A stretch of DNA of 64,000 nucleotides, from positions 22,382,001 to 22,446,000 of the forward strand of contig OX597842.1 of the NCBI GenBank assembly GCA_951406725.2, in the 5' to 3' direction. The DNA comes from Octopus vulgaris. Its lineage: Eukaryota. Position numbers and translations under genes: made by a program. Positions 62,125 to 64,000 of this stretch are shown piece after piece; position 1 is the stretch's first letter; every line of letters starts with the position of its first letter. The notes beneath the pieces were generated by a model. It ran no database searches and was not told the DNA's origin. It saw only the letters and a program-made list of their open reading frames with translations.

Positions 62125-62862
62125 ATTAGCTTCCTACAGTTTCCATCAACTAAATTCACTCACAAAGCTTTGGTCAGCCCTAAGCTAGAGTAAAAAACAC
62201 TTGAACAAGGGGCTGTGTAGTGGGACTGAACCTGCAACCATGTGATTATGATGCAAATTTCTTACCACACAGCCATGCCTGTGCTTACATAACAATTCCT
62301 TCTTTTATCTTTGTAAAAAAAATGTTTTAGCCTTTTCTCTGTTGAATCTCTACTTTTCAAGTATCTTCTATAACTTATATTTTCTCTCTCTTATTTCAGA
62401 ATATCAGATGGCATTCTCATAAAAGAATATTTTTACATCAGATAATCATCCATGTTTGATAATCCCTTGAAGACTAAAAGGAAGTTGTCACACAGAAGAG
62501 ATTTAAAAGGGACATATCTAGCCCAAATATTCTACCTGTTATATTTTCAAACTGGCTAGGTCCAGCTTCTCACACCAACCCTGCAATAAAACAATAAACA
62601 TTGCCTTTTTCAAGCCTAGCCAGGCTCATGGGCCCGGTTTCTGTGGCATATGGGTTCCCCCCAGACAGACAAACACAGCCTTTGTAATGGATAGGGAGAG
62701 AAGTCAGTGAAAAATTTTCAAATGGTAACAAACAAACTTTGATGTATAAAACAAAACAAATTACTGGCTGTTTAACCAACAAGTTCATCAATTAGTTAGT
62801 TGGGTAGATAATTAATCAATTGTCTAATAATAAAGGAGCAGAAATGAACCATGTGTGTGTTA

Positions 62863-63344
62863 TTAACCCTTTCGTTACCAACCCGGCTGAAACCAGCTCT
62901 GGCTCTTTAGTACAAATGTCTGGTTTTCAAAAGTTCTGAATTAAAATCTGCCACCAAACCTGAGTCATAATTTACGTCCCTAACTCTAGCTTAATGATAA
63001 CTAAGTTATTTTACTAAATTCTTTGTTATATTTAAAATTAATTGAAAGAAACACATAGCATCTCGACAGAATACGATAACAAAAGGGTTAAAATATATAA
63101 CAGAGAAACAATTCTTAACCCTTTCATTACCAACCCTGCTGAAACCACCTCTGGCTCTGTAGTACAAATGTCTTGTTATCATAAATTTTGAATTAAAATC
63201 TTCCACCAAACCTTAGTCACAATTTATGTTCCTAACACTAGCTTAATAATAACTAAGTTATTTTACTAACTTCTTTGTTATATTTAAAATTAATTGGAAG
63301 AAACACTGAACATCTCAAAATAAATTCAGTAACGAAAGGGTTAA
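62863..63344. mobile_element. piggyBac-like MITE dimer (same family and spacer as 26960-27680)
   Basis: TTAACCCTTTCGTTACC at 62863, GGGTTAA at ~63091, spacer AATATATAACAGAGAAACAATTC, second unit 63115-63344. Confidence 0.82.
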
Positions 63345-63467
63345 TATTGGCATAATGGCACTCACTAGACAGTAAAATCAAACGAAAATTTTTTTTAAAA
63401 TAGGGAAATATTGTGGTGGAAGAAAAAAAATTACAGGAAAAAATGAATTTTGTGCGACACTTTGAGG

Positions 63468-64000
63468 ATGAGTGATTTTATTAAAGAGATGGCAAAAGGG
63501 AGAGGAAAACCATCATACCACTGCAAAAAGTCCTACTCTAAAAAAGGAAACGTTCCTACTCACAAACGTATTCATACACAGGAGAAACCACATCACGGTG
63601 AAGCCTCTGATGAATCATTCCCTGCAAGTAGTTCCTTGACTAATGACAAAAGCCTGAACGCAGGCGAGAAAGCATATCACTGTGATATCTGTAGAGAGTC
63701 GTTCTCTCAAAATATTCACTTAACTATACACAAACGCATTCATACTGGGGAGAGACCACATCATTGTGAGATCTGCGGTTTGTGTTTCTCTCAAAAAAAC
63801 AATTTAATTTATCATAAACGTACACATACAGGAGAAAAACCACATCACTGTGACATCTGTGGTAAATCATTCTCTCAGAAAAGTAACCTCACTACCCATA
63901 AACGTACACATACAGGCGAAAAGCCATATCATTGTGATATTTGTGGTAAATCATTCTCTCAAAATGTTCAACTGACCAGACATAAACATATTCATACAGG
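63468..64000 (+). CDS. C2H2 zinc-finger protein, 5' part (open to window end)
   Basis: ATG at 63468 opens MSDFIKEMAKGRGKPSYHCKKS..., then two degenerate and four canonical fingers ([23 protein letters not shown] etc.) with no stop before 64000. Likely splice acceptor at ~62399. Confidence 0.88.
   Translation, partial: MSDFIKEMAKGRGKPSYHCKKSYSKKGNVPTHKRIHTQEKPHHGEASDESFPASSSLTNDKSLNAGEKAYHCDICRESFSQNIHLTIHKRIHTGERPHHCEICGLCFSQKNNLIYHKRTHTGEKPHHCDICGKSFSQKSNLTTHKRTHTGEKPYHCDICGKSFSQNVQLTRHKHIHT

Overview
AT-rich, repeat-dense eukaryotic DNA. The SINE families, (TA)n tracts and KRAB-less tandem C2H2 genes point to a coleoid cephalopod, most likely Octopus (inference). Coding content: a ~5.4-kb single-exon gene with two compensating frameshifts that encodes six tandem beta-propeller-like modules (3952-9348); three complete C2H2 zinc-finger ORFs (11893-13605 +, 35628-37067 +, 45085-46356 -); a fourth ZNF running off the right edge (63468-64000); a LINE-disrupted ZNF pseudogene (~31140-32220 -); and a three-exon remnant of a Mind-bomb-like ankyrin/RING E3 ligase that the ORF track misses. 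Architecture: a large, internally rearranged inverted duplication (~17.35-40.5 kb vs ~44.8-53.85 kb) created two ZNF paralogues whose differences cluster at DNA-contacting helix residues, and a second inverted duplication pairs 48.5-49.8 kb with 55.9-57.8 kb. The rest is at least five SINE-like families, mariner, pogo, piggyBac-like and GG-ended (8-bp TSD) foldback MITEs, Gypsy/CR1/RTE/Tx1/Helitron fragments, and Penelope-like elements, one carrying an apparently intact minimal hammerhead ribozyme (61490-61535 -). Repeat boundaries were read by eye and are approximate unless a TSD is given. Most short ORFs in the track are repeat-derived noise.
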